Assembly: GCA_023205875.1 (NCBI GenBank)
Contig: CP060757.1
Location: 620,001-684,000 of the forward strand
DNA from: Chloropicon primus
Lineage: Eukaryota
DNA: 64,000 bases
Direction of reading: 5' to 3'
In this document: positions 1 to 10,852 of the stretch, in pieces
How positions within the stretch are numbered: the stretch's first letter is position 1
How the letters are laid out: every line of letters begins with the position of its first letter
The notes under the pieces: model-generated
Database searches by the model: none
What the model was told of the DNA's origin: nothing
Seen by the model: the letters and a program-made list of their open reading frames with translations, nothing else
Program-made: the position numbers and the translations under genes

Positions 1-852
1 GAGATCGACGTGCACGACATGCCGGTCTTGCTTCCGCTGTTCAGAAAGTTCGAGTCCTACCAAAAGTTGTTCGTCGAGGGGTTGGACATGGGGGACTATG
101 ACGAGAGCTGCGGCTCGGCGTTTCGAGACGCTACGAGCCCCAAGCTCGATTTCAACGAGACCTTTTATCGCGAGAAGGAATACCAGCTGCATTACTACAA
201 CATAAACAGAACTGGGGAGCTCGCTTCCCCGGTTTGCGACAGGGAGGCCCCGCTCGGGTGCTGCTTCAATTGCCACTTGCCTCGAGGTGGGTGCTGTCTG
301 TGCGAGTACGACGGAAAAGCGAGGGTGGCAGACCTGCTTGAGGGGCAAAAGCACCTGCAGGTCCGCTCCACGACAGCCAGGGGGTTCAAGCTCGCCCCGG
401 TTTACGGCAAGCCATTGGCCAAGCTCTACGGGAAGCTGATGAGGAAGCTTGGCTGCACAGTCAAGGGGAAAGCATGGAGCAGGCTCCTCGCCGTGAAGAA
501 CTTGTCCTACTTTCCTCCCGGGGGGTTCTTGATGTGGCACACGAACAGGTTCGACAACAACGCCGTCTCGTTTCGCGTGTACCTGTACTCCGTGGACAAG
601 GATGGACTGTCGTACCTCAAGTACGTTCATCGGAAAGACCAGACGTTGAAGAAAATGTTGGACTTCCATGGCGCCGTGCGGATCTTCACCAACACGATGA
701 GGGATGGGCACGGCGAGGAATCTTTCCTTTGGCACACCGCAGCGAGTGAGGGGGCGCACCGCATGTCCGTCGGCTTCGAGATTTACCCCGAGCAGATCGT
801 CTCGATTCTGGATTCCTGCGAGCTGTGCTGGGAGAAATTCTTGAATATCTAA
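1..852 (+). CDS. Hypothetical protein with 2OG-Fe(II)/cupin-like double-stranded beta-helix motifs (probably 5'-truncated by the window edge)
   Basis: The frame is open from base 1. Motifs YFPPGGFLMWHTN and FLWHTAASEGAHRMSVGF resemble the H-x-(D/N)...H...R jelly-roll pattern. Confidence 0.5.
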   Translation, partial: EIDVHDMPVLLPLFRKFESYQKLFVEGLDMGDYDESCGSAFRDATSPKLDFNETFYREKEYQLHYYNINRTGELASPVCDREAPLGCCFNCHLPRGGCCLCEYDGKARVADLLEGQKHLQVRSTTARGFKLAPVYGKPLAKLYGKLMRKLGCTVKGKAWSRLLAVKNLSYFPPGGFLMWHTNRFDNNAVSFRVYLYSVDKDGLSYLKYVHRKDQTLKKMLDFHGAVRIFTNTMRDGHGEESFLWHTAASEGAHRMSVGFEIYPEQIVSILDSCELCWEKFLNI

Positions 853-880
853 ATAAATAAGAAAACAGGCGGTGTTTCAT

Positions 881-2743
881 TCAAAGACTGGCGTTATTGC
901 GTGCGAGGTTCACCACCACCTTTCCCTGAGATCGTCCCGAGTGCAGGTGCTCGACTGCTCCCACAACAGACTCAAGGCCCTCAAAGTTCGTTGGGTCCAT
1001 CGCAACTTTCAGCTGACCCGACTGGTACAAACTGACCAAATTTTGCAAGTGACGAGAAAACCTTTTTGCGTGGTGCAGCAAGAAGAAGCCCTCAACGCTC
1101 CCAGATTTCCAAAGGAGCTTCTCGTTCACGCCCTTGTGCATGCTTGGCTTCCACCCGGTCGTGTAATTCCCCCCGCCGATCTGGCCAATCACCAGAAGTT
1201 TCCCACCTATTGCGAGGTTGTTGACAGCGTTTTCGAACATTTGCCCACCCACGCCGTCGTAGACCAAGTCCACCCCTCGCTTGTACTCCCGCCTGAGAAC
1301 CTTTCCCAGGTCCTCCCTCTGCGGCCCCTTGTACTGCACGATTCGATCGGCTCCCAAGCTCCTCAGAAGATCGGCCTTTTCTGGCGTTCCGCACGTTGCT
1401 ATCACATGCTTGCCCGCGACCTTCGCCAGCTGGACAGCGAATTGGCCGGTTCCACCTGCTGCCGCCGTGACAAGCACGGTCTTCCTCCTCTTCATTCCCG
1501 CAACCTCCAATGCAATGCTTGCGGTCAAGCCACTCGTGAGCAAGGCGACCATTTCTCCAGAGGCCTCCGGTAACCTGATCAGGCGGGAGGCCTTCAGTAT
1601 TCCGTACTCCGAAAAGGCTCCATACTCCAAAGTGGCGACCGGGCTCCCCAACGGAGGAATCGCTGCACCCGCACCCCTTGCGACAACGACGCCAACACAC
1701 TCAAATCCGGCACCGAACGGAAGCATCTTCTCCGCTTTTTTCCCAAAGTACCTCCCCGCGCTGAAGTTGCTGTCGCTCGCATTGACCCCGCAGAAGAGCC
1801 TCCGCACGACAACGTGGCCATCCGGGACAACCTGTGGCATGGGCTCCATCACGATCCTCACCGCATCTCTGAACTGGTCCGAGAGCCTCACGACCTTCAA
1901 GGCGCGAAACGTCTTTGGGAGTCCCGCGATGGGCACGGAATGCTCGCTAGCGGTCGCAACTTCCGAGACCTTCGCCGGCGCAACGTAAGGGCTGAGCCTT
2001 GGCTGCTTCACCGTGAAGAGCCGGGAGCCTGGGGCAATCAGAAGCGCTTGCCCGTGCAGCTTCGGGTCGGCGAGCGCCTGAAGGGTGAGCTCACCGACGG
2101 CGTCAATGCCGATGAGCTTTCCCTTTGTGACCTCCAGGACGTGCCTTTTGAACGCGGCGTCTGCGGCCATGCCCTTGAGGACCATGGGGGTCTCCACATA
2201 CGAGGGGCACAGCGCAAGCACTCGCAGGTTACGCCGCTTGACCTCGCTGTGAGCGGCGAGAGAACGAACAAAGTGCAGGGCTCCGGCCTTGCTCGCGGCG
2301 TAGGCAGGGGCAAAGGGCATGGGGTACACTGCACCGAATGACGCTACCAGAATGATCGAGCCCGATCCTTGCATGGAACGAACCGCAAGGCGTGCTCCCT
2401 CCATCTGAGATTGAAGATTTATCTCGATGATCTCCTTCCACTTCTTGCTATCCGCCAGTGACGCGGTCTCGCCACCGATTCCCGCGTTGCAAATGGCCAC
2501 GTCAAGGCCACCCCACATACGCACGTGCCCCTCGAACACCTGCGCCAGCCTCTCCGCGTCCCGAACGTCACAATCCTCGAATACCGCCTCCCTCGCTCCC
2601 AGCGCCTTGGCTTCCCTCGCTGCCTCCTCCCCAGCCACGCGGTCCAGATCGACCACAGTGATCGCATACCCGGACCGTGCGAGCGCCCTCACGCAACCCT
2701 TCCCTATCCCCTTCCCTCCCCCAGTCACTATCGCGCTCCTCAT
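881..2743 (-). CDS. SDR plus MDR (prostaglandin reductase 3 / quinone oxidoreductase-like) fusion protein, plant ARP/NQR type
   Basis: N-terminal TGGGKGIG, NAG and YAASK (SDR). C-terminal GVNASD, LLTSGLTASIALE, AAAGGTGQFAVQLAK and GRSQGKVVV (MDR). Ends in ASL, a possible PTS1-like tail. Confidence 0.88.
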   Translation of the reverse strand: MRSAIVTGGGKGIGKGCVRALARSGYAITVVDLDRVAGEEAAREAKALGAREAVFEDCDVRDAERLAQVFEGHVRMWGGLDVAICNAGIGGETASLADSKKWKEIIEINLQSQMEGARLAVRSMQGSGSIILVASFGAVYPMPFAPAYAASKAGALHFVRSLAAHSEVKRRNLRVLALCPSYVETPMVLKGMAADAAFKRHVLEVTKGKLIGIDAVGELTLQALADPKLHGQALLIAPGSRLFTVKQPRLSPYVAPAKVSEVATASEHSVPIAGLPKTFRALKVVRLSDQFRDAVRIVMEPMPQVVPDGHVVVRRLFCGVNASDSNFSAGRYFGKKAEKMLPFGAGFECVGVVVARGAGAAIPPLGSPVATLEYGAFSEYGILKASRLIRLPEASGEMVALLTSGLTASIALEVAGMKRRKTVLVTAAAGGTGQFAVQLAKVAGKHVIATCGTPEKADLLRSLGADRIVQYKGPQREDLGKVLRREYKRGVDLVYDGVGGQMFENAVNNLAIGGKLLVIGQIGGGNYTTGWKPSMHKGVNEKLLWKSGSVEGFFLLHHAKRFSRHLQNLVSLYQSGQLKVAMDPTNFEGLESVVGAVEHLHSGRSQGKVVVNLARNNASL

Positions 2744-3002
2744 GACCCTCTCTCTCTCTCTTGGTCCTCCCTGCTGCAGATGTTTCGCTTCTCTTTCGCG
2801 TCCTCAAATCCTCAACCTCGAGGCGTTTGTTTCGACCGAGGGGTCCAACGAAACAGCAGAGGGTGAATCTTCGGGTTTGTCCTTCTGTCCCTCGCCCTCT
2901 CGCCCTCTCGCCCTCCTCCTGCACCAACGTAAAGTGAAGTGAAGTCCAACGCAACTGGGGCGAAGTTCGCCGCTGCAGCAAGTCGATTTGCTGCTGCTGA
3001 TT

Positions 3003-3007
<5 letters not shown>

Positions 3008-3053
<46 letters not shown>
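3008..3053. repeat. (GA)n microsatellite immediately upstream of the EMC4 start
   Basis: Pure AG/GA run read directly from the sequence. Confidence 0.95.
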
Positions 3054-3054
<1 letters not shown>

Positions 3055-3057
<3 letters not shown>

Positions 3058-3766
3058 ACTGCGCAGACGGGGACGTTGCGTCGATGGCGCTCGAGCGTAG
3101 CGGGAAACGGTGGAGGTGATTCGAGTGCGCTGGTTGCCTCGCCTTTGAGTCCGTCGGGATACAACCACTCGGTGTATCTTCAGGCCCTTCGGGAAGGTAC
3201 GCGGCGTAACCCCAATCGGGAGGGACGAGAAGGAAGGACGAAGGAGGGCTTTCCTTTCTCTTTTGTGTGTTGCTCATTGGACTGACAGGCGTTTTTCTCT
3301 GGTTGCTCGTTCGTCCGTTCGCTTTGCGGGTCTTGGTGTTGGAACAGACGCTAATGGGTCTGGATCGGTTGGAGCGAAGGTGAACGTGGACAAGGACGCC
3401 CTCATGGAGCAGAAGGCTTGGGAGTTTGCCCAGTCCACCGTGAAGCAGGTGGGGATGTACGCGTTTATGATGTACATGAGCGGTGGATCCGTGCATATCT
3501 TCAGCATCATGATGACTTTCACGGGGCTCTACCAGCCTCTCATGGCGATCTTCAACTCGGGCAAGGCCTTTGAGAAGTTCTCAAAGGGGACGGAGGGAAG
3601 AGTCAGCACGCTGGGGCCAAGAGCGCTTTACTGCCTCATCCAGATGGGTGGCTTGGGGTTCGCCCTGTACAAGCTGGCGAACATCGGACTCCTTCCAACG
3701 CACATAAGCGACTGGGTCTCTGGGGTCCAGGTCCCCGTCAGCAGAGAATACAGCGCGAGGGCCTGA
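3055..3766 (+). CDS. EMC4: ER membrane protein complex subunit 4; 2 exons (3055-3196, 3348-3766)
   Basis: KAWEFAQS...MYAFMMYMSGGSVHIFSIMM...LYKLANIGLLPTHISDW. The GT-AG intron 3197-3347 joins the exons in frame. Confidence 0.88.
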
Positions 3767-3817
3767 ACTGACGAAGAGACTCCTTGTCTTGCTGTTTCGG
3801 TTTGTAATACTACAACA

Positions 3818-6800
3818 TTAATTATCGTTACAAAGCCTCTTGGCCATGACTATCAGGTGCCTCTTTTTCATCGTCCTGAATCTCTCGCTCCCAAGCATGT
3901 GCTCCCTCCCTCGTTCCGTGTACAGACGCTCAATGTAGTCGAACAGGGTCAGAAAGCTGAGGGAGAGCCCCTCCTTATTCAAGATTTCCAGAGTCTCGAC
4001 GTACAAGCCGCAGCTTAGCAGGATCCCAAGGCCTCTCCACAAGTTCTTCTGCGCCTGGATCACGTGAAGAGCCCACCTCTCCAGGGCCTCTTGCCTCTGG
4101 TCTCCTTCCAAGTACGAAGCGGTCATCGTCGCAGCATGCTCCCACATGCCGACATCCTGGAGCTGGATGACGGCGTCCAGGTTTCTGCCGATAAGCCCAA
4201 GCATCACGATCGAGCTCAGTATGTCTCCCTTGCCAGCGCAGTGGGCAGAAAGGACCTTGGAGGCTTTCTCCTGCAAGCTGTTGGCAGACCCTTGGGATGG
4301 GCTGAAGCTCTCCGCGCCCGTCATCTCGGCGGGGGACGTAAGGCGGAAGGATGCAAGACCCAAGGCTCGCAGGGCATCCTTGTAAAAGGACGAGGAGTCA
4401 TCCGGCGAAGCAGCGAGGAGGAAGGCAATCGCAGATTCTCTGTCTCCCAGGACAAAGTACTCGAGGACCCGCCTCTCCCGCTTGGTCGCGTTCAGCGGCC
4501 CCGTATAAGACTCGTGCCAGTATATGCTCTTTGCTGCCTTTGCCTTCTGCTTGGCTGCGTCCCACAAGCACCCGACCCCTCCATAGTTGCCCTCCATGAC
4601 ATTGTTCAAAGTATCTGCAAGCTTGGCCCAGAAATCAAACTCTTCCGAGGTCCTGCCAAAGTTGCTCGAAAGGAGCTTCATGCAATCCAGGGAACCCAAG
4701 GAAGCAGAGGCGAGGCTGGAGCTGTAATGGTCTATCAGAGCGCTGATGCCATTCTGTCCACCTGTCAACTCGGCAAGACACTTTCTATACGATTCGTGCG
4801 CTTGCTGCATCTCCACATCGGTCAGTTCAAGACCCTCCGCCATGCTTCGGAACTCGCTGGAGTACTGCTGGTCCAAAAGCGCGCCTCCCCCCGATTTTGT
4901 GAGTGGCAGGGATTTCTGCATGTACATCGCCAGCCTATCAGGCATCTTCGGATCGAGCAAGATGTTCTTTATGGTTATCTTGCTGGCCAACCCCGCCTGA
5001 TCAGAATAAATAAAGACGCCATCCCTCGTGCATGTTACATACTGCCGGCCAAGGCAATTTTTCGACCAAATGATGTCCAGAACCTCGGTCCCCGGCGTGT
5101 TGCCCTCCACCCTCACGATCTTAAGCGGCATGTGGTCCACGTTAATCCTGTGGAACATGTTCTTGGCAGACAGGACCAAAAAGTCGCTGGAAATCAAGCA
5201 AGGATCCGAAATAATCTTTCTCACGGAGCCCTCCCAGTTTGCCAGCTTGTAGACACCGAACTGGTCTTTGGATTGGCTCCACACCTTCACCTCCCCGGAG
5301 CTTGTTCCGACAATCAGGTTTTGCTCATTGCAGGCGAGGGCCGAAACAAATTCCCCAGGAGACGCGTCAATCACGGGAAAGTTCGGCTTGATGTCCCTCA
5401 GCTTCTTGGTCTGGCCCGAGACCTCAACGGCACCAAGGCTTCTGTCCGGAAGGGCAAAGAGAAGGATCTCCTTCCCTTGGTTTGAGTTGGTCTCGGCCTG
5501 GGAACCGGACCTGGATCTTGCGTTGCGGTTCTCTGCGCTGGACATCAGGCCCCCGAGGCTGGTGTTCAGCCCCGCCGTGCTGCCATCTAGCGTCGTGGCC
5601 CTCTCCCTACTGAGGAAGAAGGGGGGAATGTCTTGAACGAATTCGATGCACGTGAATGGCAGGTTCATCACCCTGATCCTGGAACAGGCCAGGCTCGGCC
5701 TCTCGAGCCTCCAGATTTCCGTTATGCCGTTCTTAAAGATGAGCAGAAAGTGGTTTCCACTTTTGGATGTCCGAACGCCTCTCAAGGCGGACGGGTCGTT
5801 CCCAGCGCCGCCTCTTACCACCCTCTTCTTCCCCGACGCGGTATCAAGGACCACGAGATGGTTCTTAAAAGCATTCTCGGAAACGTTTTCGACCGCAAAG
5901 GACAGGACCAAGTTCCCTCTCAACCATTTCACCCCGAGAAGAGCGCTTCCGTGAACCCTGAAGGACCTCGCTATTTGCCCGCTCAGGAGATCCACGACTT
6001 CGAGGGTGCCAATGTTGCTGCCGAGGGCAACCTGGTTCGAGTCTCCGTTCTCGCCTGGCGGCTGCAGAGCAAAGGCCGTGCACTGCTGCGGCAAAAGCCT
6101 GAGCATGCTCTCCAACCTAATTTCCTCCAGGCTGCCAAAGTCCCTGGCGCTGAAGAGGTGCAGGTACCCACCCGCTTCCTCGTTGGCCGTGGTCACCAAG
6201 AGCTGAATCTTGTCCCCGAACTCGCTGTCGTGGATCTTCTTGTCAGCGAAGACCTGCACCATCTTGTTCCTCGGGTAAAAGCCGTCAAAGGACACTGTGG
6301 GGACGAGGTGCAGCAAAGTGTACACGCTCTTCGATTCGTTGCATTCCCACGCCGAGACGCTGCCGTCCCGGTGGGAGCACAAGATGTGCTGACCCTGGAA
6401 GTTCACCGCCAGGATGTCCTGGAAGGCGCTGTACTTCCTCGGCAAAACCGCCGACCCGATCGGAATCCCGTAGTCGATGTCGAAGGCGATCAGGGTGTGC
6501 TCCAGCACGATGTGGAGCAGGTTTTCCATCATGCCAAACTGGCACCTCATGAACTTGCTGTCGGAAGCAGAGATCTGGTACTCGACCAGCTGGACCTTCT
6601 CCTCCTCGCTCTCGTTGACGAACATGACGTACACGAGGCCCTGATCGTTCGTCACGCAGAGGCACGTATAGTCCAAGTGGCACCGCACCATGTGGGTGAG
6701 CTCCTGCTTGGGGTTCAGGCAGGACTGCCACACCGGCTGCCCCTTGAGGTAGTCCCAGATGACGACCTCGCTCTTCTCGTACAGGGCGACGAGGAGCCTG

Positions 6801-7216
6801 GAGTCCGTGCCGCTCCAGCAGATGCTCCTGACGGAGCTCCCCCCCTGGCTGTCCCTCGGGGACGTCTCCTGCCTATGCCCCGCCCTGTTGTGGGGGTTCA
6901 GCACGTTCAGCATCTGACCCTCGTGGAGTATCCACGTCACCAGGGTGCCGTGGGTGTCCCCGCTCGCGACCACCACCTTCCTCGCCTGGCTGTTGTCCCC
7001 CCCCAGCTTCGATTGGGTGCACGACACGAAGGTTATCGTGGCCTGCGGCGGGTGTCCACCGGAGAGGCAGTTGGCCACTTTCATGCTCTGCCGCTCGACC
7101 ACGTACAGCGTCGATGCCACTCCGAGAACGCAGAAAGGGCCGAAGCAATCGAAGGCGGACGCATTGTCCGCAACAGGGGTGCTCGGAACCGACCAAAGGG
7201 TCTCCTTCGCCTGCAT
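3818..7216 (-). CDS. WDR11: WD-repeat protein WDR11-like
   Basis: Intronless ORF with multiple WD repeats and a C-terminal helical motif LGLIGRNLDAVIQLQDVGMWEHAATMTASYL typical of WDR11. First ATG at 7216. Confidence 0.75.
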   Translation of the reverse strand: MQAKETLWSVPSTPVADNASAFDCFGPFCVLGVASTLYVVERQSMKVANCLSGGHPPQATITFVSCTQSKLGGDNSQARKVVVASGDTHGTLVTWILHEGQMLNVLNPHNRAGHRQETSPRDSQGGSSVRSICWSGTDSRLLVALYEKSEVVIWDYLKGQPVWQSCLNPKQELTHMVRCHLDYTCLCVTNDQGLVYVMFVNESEEEKVQLVEYQISASDSKFMRCQFGMMENLLHIVLEHTLIAFDIDYGIPIGSAVLPRKYSAFQDILAVNFQGQHILCSHRDGSVSAWECNESKSVYTLLHLVPTVSFDGFYPRNKMVQVFADKKIHDSEFGDKIQLLVTTANEEAGGYLHLFSARDFGSLEEIRLESMLRLLPQQCTAFALQPPGENGDSNQVALGSNIGTLEVVDLLSGQIARSFRVHGSALLGVKWLRGNLVLSFAVENVSENAFKNHLVVLDTASGKKRVVRGGAGNDPSALRGVRTSKSGNHFLLIFKNGITEIWRLERPSLACSRIRVMNLPFTCIEFVQDIPPFFLSRERATTLDGSTAGLNTSLGGLMSSAENRNARSRSGSQAETNSNQGKEILLFALPDRSLGAVEVSGQTKKLRDIKPNFPVIDASPGEFVSALACNEQNLIVGTSSGEVKVWSQSKDQFGVYKLANWEGSVRKIISDPCLISSDFLVLSAKNMFHRINVDHMPLKIVRVEGNTPGTEVLDIIWSKNCLGRQYVTCTRDGVFIYSDQAGLASKITIKNILLDPKMPDRLAMYMQKSLPLTKSGGGALLDQQYSSEFRSMAEGLELTDVEMQQAHESYRKCLAELTGGQNGISALIDHYSSSLASASLGSLDCMKLLSSNFGRTSEEFDFWAKLADTLNNVMEGNYGGVGCLWDAAKQKAKAAKSIYWHESYTGPLNATKRERRVLEYFVLGDRESAIAFLLAASPDDSSSFYKDALRALGLASFRLTSPAEMTGAESFSPSQGSANSLQEKASKVLSAHCAGKGDILSSIVMLGLIGRNLDAVIQLQDVGMWEHAATMTASYLEGDQRQEALERWALHVIQAQKNLWRGLGILLSCGLYVETLEILNKEGLSLSFLTLFDYIERLYTERGREHMLGSERFRTMKKRHLIVMAKRLCNDN

Positions 7217-8053
7217 CGCGACAAAACCCAAAAGCGCCGGCGTCGTCCCCCTACGCACTCGTCCTCCTCCCCACTCTCATTCTCCCGCTCCCCCTGTCGG
7301 TCGCTCCGGGCTGGAGGTCAGAGGATCACCCCCAGGTGATGGGCTCGACCTCGCCCTAAAAGGGGTTCCCTCCCTTCTCTATCCGGGAGCGTATCCCGAG
7401 TACAACCGCTCTGCTCCGCGCAAGAGAGGCACCACTCGAAAGATCGTGAGACGCACGACCGTTCTCTCCGAACCACTCGACACTCTCCCCCACCTCGCTC
7501 TCCCTGTCCGCTCTCCAGTGTGATCGCCCCTCTCCTTCCCTCTCTCTCTCTCCCCTCTCTCTCTCCTTTCCCCTCCTCTCCCGGGATTTTGAATATTTCC
7601 AATATTTCCAAATTCGCATTTTCATACTTCACATTTGAAGTTCGCGCCGCCGCCGAGAGCGAGGAGGGATAGAGAGAAGAAGAGAACTCAACAAAGAAGC
7701 GAAAGGAGAGAGAGGAAGAGAAGAGGAGGTAAGGAGGGGGACGACGAGAGAGAGAGTGAGAGAGGGAGGGTGAGAGGGGGCGGAGGGGAAGGGCCTTTTG
7801 AGCGCGTGATGATCTCTTTGCTTCCGAAGGGGCGAGGCTCTTTTTTGCGGGAGGGGGGGCGTGAGAAGGGAGGCTGGTTTCCGTTTGCCCTCTCTTGCTG
7901 GTCCGCGTGGAGTCGGGGGTGGGGAGCTTGGGACGCACGCTGGAAGGCTTCGCACTGTCCGCCGCAAGACGACCTGCCCAATCCTCGGAACGCGTTCGAG
8001 GAAGAGTGCGAACGAACGAACAAAGGAACTCTCGGGCTAACGAACGAACGAAC

Positions 8054-8097
8054 TCTTTGCCTTGTCTGTCTTTGCCTTGTCTGTCTTTGCCTTGTCT
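8054..8097 (+). repeat. 15-nt tandem repeat (TCTTTGCCTTGTCTG) x ~3 upstream of RPL29
   Basis: Read directly from the sequence. Confidence 0.85.
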
Positions 8098-8110
8098 TGA
8101 CGCAGTCACC

Positions 8111-8401
8111 ATGGCCAAGTCCAAGAACCACACAGCTCACAACCAGTCCTACAAGAACCACAGGAACGGTATCAAGAAGCAGAAGAAGCAGAAGTACTCC
8201 AGCACCAAGGGGGTAAGTCACACGCGCGAGTTGCTGCTGGCCACTGGTTTTCGAGGAGGCGAAACACCCGCTCTCGTTCGCGCCAGGTACTGACTCTCTC
8301 CGTCTCTTCCCTCGTTCGCGCCTCGTTCGCGCTCGCAGATGGACCCAAAGTTCCTTAGAAACCAGAGGTACTGCAAGAAGCACAACAAGACGGCCGCGTA
8401 A
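8111..8401 (+). CDS. RPL29: 60S ribosomal protein L29 (eL29); 2 exons (8111-8212, 8339-8401)
   Basis: [23 protein letters not shown]...[21 protein letters not shown]. Intron GTAAGT...GCAG at 8213-8338. Confidence 0.97.
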
Positions 8402-8593
8402 GCGTCGTGTCGTTGTTGCAAACTGCCAGTTCTTCTTATAATTAAGAGAAAAGGGATACGATATGCGATGATGTATTGTTATCTATTTCTAGCTTAGCTA
8501 ATAATATTACCCCTTCCCCTGCGGGCGGAGCACCCGCGGTCGCTCACGACGTCGTTCTCCTTCTTCGGTGGGAGTTCCCTCGCCGCGTCTGGT

Positions 8594-9420
8594 CTACTTT
8601 TGCTGCTGCTGTTGCTGGAGCCTCGCCGCCACGACCGGGTTTCTCGGACTCTTTTTGAACTGCTTCCAGAGCTTGTCCTTGTACTGCTTCAGCGTCAGGC
8701 CCGGCATCGTCTGCTTGATGATCGGGAGCTCCTCCTCCTCAAACGCCAAGTACGCTGCCCTCAACCTTTTTTCGGGGTGGGGGTCAATGACTGCCTGGTC
8801 GGCGAGCCCAGCGGACTGCAAGCCAGAGATCGCCTGCTCCACAGACTTGGCCTGGATGACGTCGGTCTCGTGGTTCATGTTCGGTCTGGACACCATGGCG
8901 TCGTACTCCTCTTCCGTCACCGTCCTGTCCCTCACTTTCCTGGTTTCCTGCTCTATCTTCAGCTTGAGCTGCTCCTGGTCCTTTTGCTTTTGCTTCTCCA
9001 ACCTGGCGAGAAAAGCGCCGAGTTTGAGAGGAGGGGGCGAGTCAGTTTCGGCCGAGGGCGCGCACACGCTCAGGGGCGCGAGCGCTCTCGCGCATCTATG
9101 TGCAATAATACTCACTCGAATTTGGTCACTTTCTGTGCAACGGAAGCCTTTTGGGGTTTCTTAGGCTTCGCAAGCTTCGCGTCCTCCTCAGCTACGAGTC
9201 TCCGCGCCTCGTCCTTCTTCCGGGCGGCCTCTCTCTTCTTCGCCTCCTGCTCTTGCTTCCTCTTCTGTGCCTTGGAGACCTGACCGTCTCCCTGCGCTTC
9301 CCAATACGCATCGTCCTTCGCCTTCGCAGCCTTCGCGTTCGCGTTCGCTTTGGCCTCCTTCTTCCTGTTCCGGGCGTCCTCGGCCTTGGAATTGACGCCA
9401 CTCTTCTTCAGCTTCCCCAT
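8594..9420 (-). CDS. CCDC124: Coiled-coil domain-containing protein 124 (Lso2/CCDC124 family); 2 exons (9420-9116, 9002-8594)
   Basis: N-terminal GVNSKAEDARNRK...DDAYWE and C-terminal HPEKRLRAAYLAFEEEELP...LWKQFKKSPRNP. The intron 9003-9115 restores the frame. Confidence 0.9.
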
Positions 9421-9435
9421 CTCTCTCTCTCCCTC

Positions 9436-9461
<26 letters not shown>
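9436..9461. repeat. (TG)n microsatellite
   Basis: Read directly from the sequence. Confidence 0.9.
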
Positions 9462-9466
<5 letters not shown>

Positions 9467-9581
9467 GTCCTCGCGGTCCCCCCGACCGACGACGACCCCC
9501 CCGAGCTGTCATCCTCCCATGATCGATCCTCTGCCTTGGTTTGAAGGTGTTTTTGTTACAAAGAAGCTTTACATTAAGTGT

Positions 9582-10594
9582 TCACAGAGGTTTGATTCTC
9601 TTCCCGCTGGCTCTCGTCGGTGTCGTCCTGACCGCTTCAGCACCCCGCTTCAGCACCCCTCTCGGCTTCTCTTCCGTGTTCAGGTTTCTCCTCTTCACTC
9701 TCTTCGCGACAATCCTTTGCTTCTGGTTCTTCGTCTGCAAGGCGAGGTCGCGTGTCAGTCGTCCGGGGTCTACAGGCAAACCAATCGGAATGGCGACTTA
9801 CCGGGTACGCGATCTCAACGTTGTTGTAAAGGCCTTTCCTCTTGAGCTCCTCGACGCCTTTCGAGAACCACCGTGGCGTCATTCCCTCCGGCCACGCCGC
9901 GAACCGGTGTTTATCATAGACATAGTACTGTCTATAGCTTGCGATGGGGTCGTTCTCAATCTTGTACTGCGTAGGGAAGAGGCAAGTGAGGCAGGGGTCA
10001 GCGCACTTGCCAAGGCGAGGACAGCGAGACATTGATTCGGCGGATTCTCGGGTTGCGCACGCTTACCTCCTCAGGCATGGCACACAAGGGCGTGGTGATT
10101 CCGATGTCCTGGAGGCCCCTTGGTTCGTTGACCTTGAGCCACTCGAGGACTGCCTGGGTCTTGTGCGTCTTCCCCCCGAAACGATTCGTGTACTCCTCGC
10201 TGAGATGAAGGCCCATCCTGCAAGCCCAGCGATAATTGTCGAGCGACGTCATCAACCAACGCATCGGAGCCAAGCTGGGCCCAGCGCTCCTCGTGTACTT
10301 GTAAGGAATCGACTCAAGCGGCTCCTCCATGCGGTGGTGCACGTTGCACAGCAACTGCGCAGTCTCCACGACCATCTTCGGCACGTGCTGTAGAGACAGA
10401 GACAAAGGCAGAGAGGAGTTGATGATTTGCGTTTCAGGATGAGACAATCAAGATCAATCCTGCCAAGGTCGCTCGAACGTTTTTCTTCCCACGGGAAGGA
10501 GGATCCCGTCGCCCGCCCTTCGACCTGGACTTACCTTATTGCAGTGCGCTTTCGCGCACTGCTCCTCGTCCTCGTCCAAGTAAAAGAGGTTCAT
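9582..10594 (-). CDS. Pyrimidine-dimer DNA glycosylase / endonuclease V-like protein of the phage/bacterial type; 4 exons (10594-10535, 10387-10067, 9966-9802, 9734-9582)
   Basis: The spliced product reads MNLFYLDEDEEQCAKAHCNK|HVPKMVVETAQLLC...NYRWAC...LSEEYTNRFGGKTHKT...AMPEE|YKIENDPIASYRQYY...AAW...PRWF. All three introns are GTAAG...CAG. Confidence 0.78.
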
Positions 10595-10852
10595 CTTAAC
10601 AACGAGACCTCCACCTGCTGGAGATCCGCCTCTCCTCTCCACAAGTGCGTCCCCAGCAGTGTGCGTCCACTCGCTCGTTCGTTCGCTCGCCTCATGTCGC
10701 CCTCGTCGTGTTGTTCGGGCTCCCGGTGCCTGCCCTGGTCCTCTTCCTCGCTCGCTCGCGTTTGGTTCCCCTCTCCTCTCTCTCTCTCTCTCTCTCAGCT
10801 GCTGGTTGGTGAATTTGAAGGGGAAAAGGTTAGGGCGGCGGTGGGGACGGCG

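Noticed and set aside
881..2743. SDR-MDR fusion as a novelty
   Set aside because: The same two-domain architecture is known in plants (ARP/NQR-type proteins).
7318..8383. Several 100-270 aa ORFs in the WDR11/RPL29 intergenic region, and similar ones at 16300-17080, 21200-21830 and 59200-60100
   Set aside because: Low-complexity translations of CT/GA-rich promoter, UTR and intron sequence.
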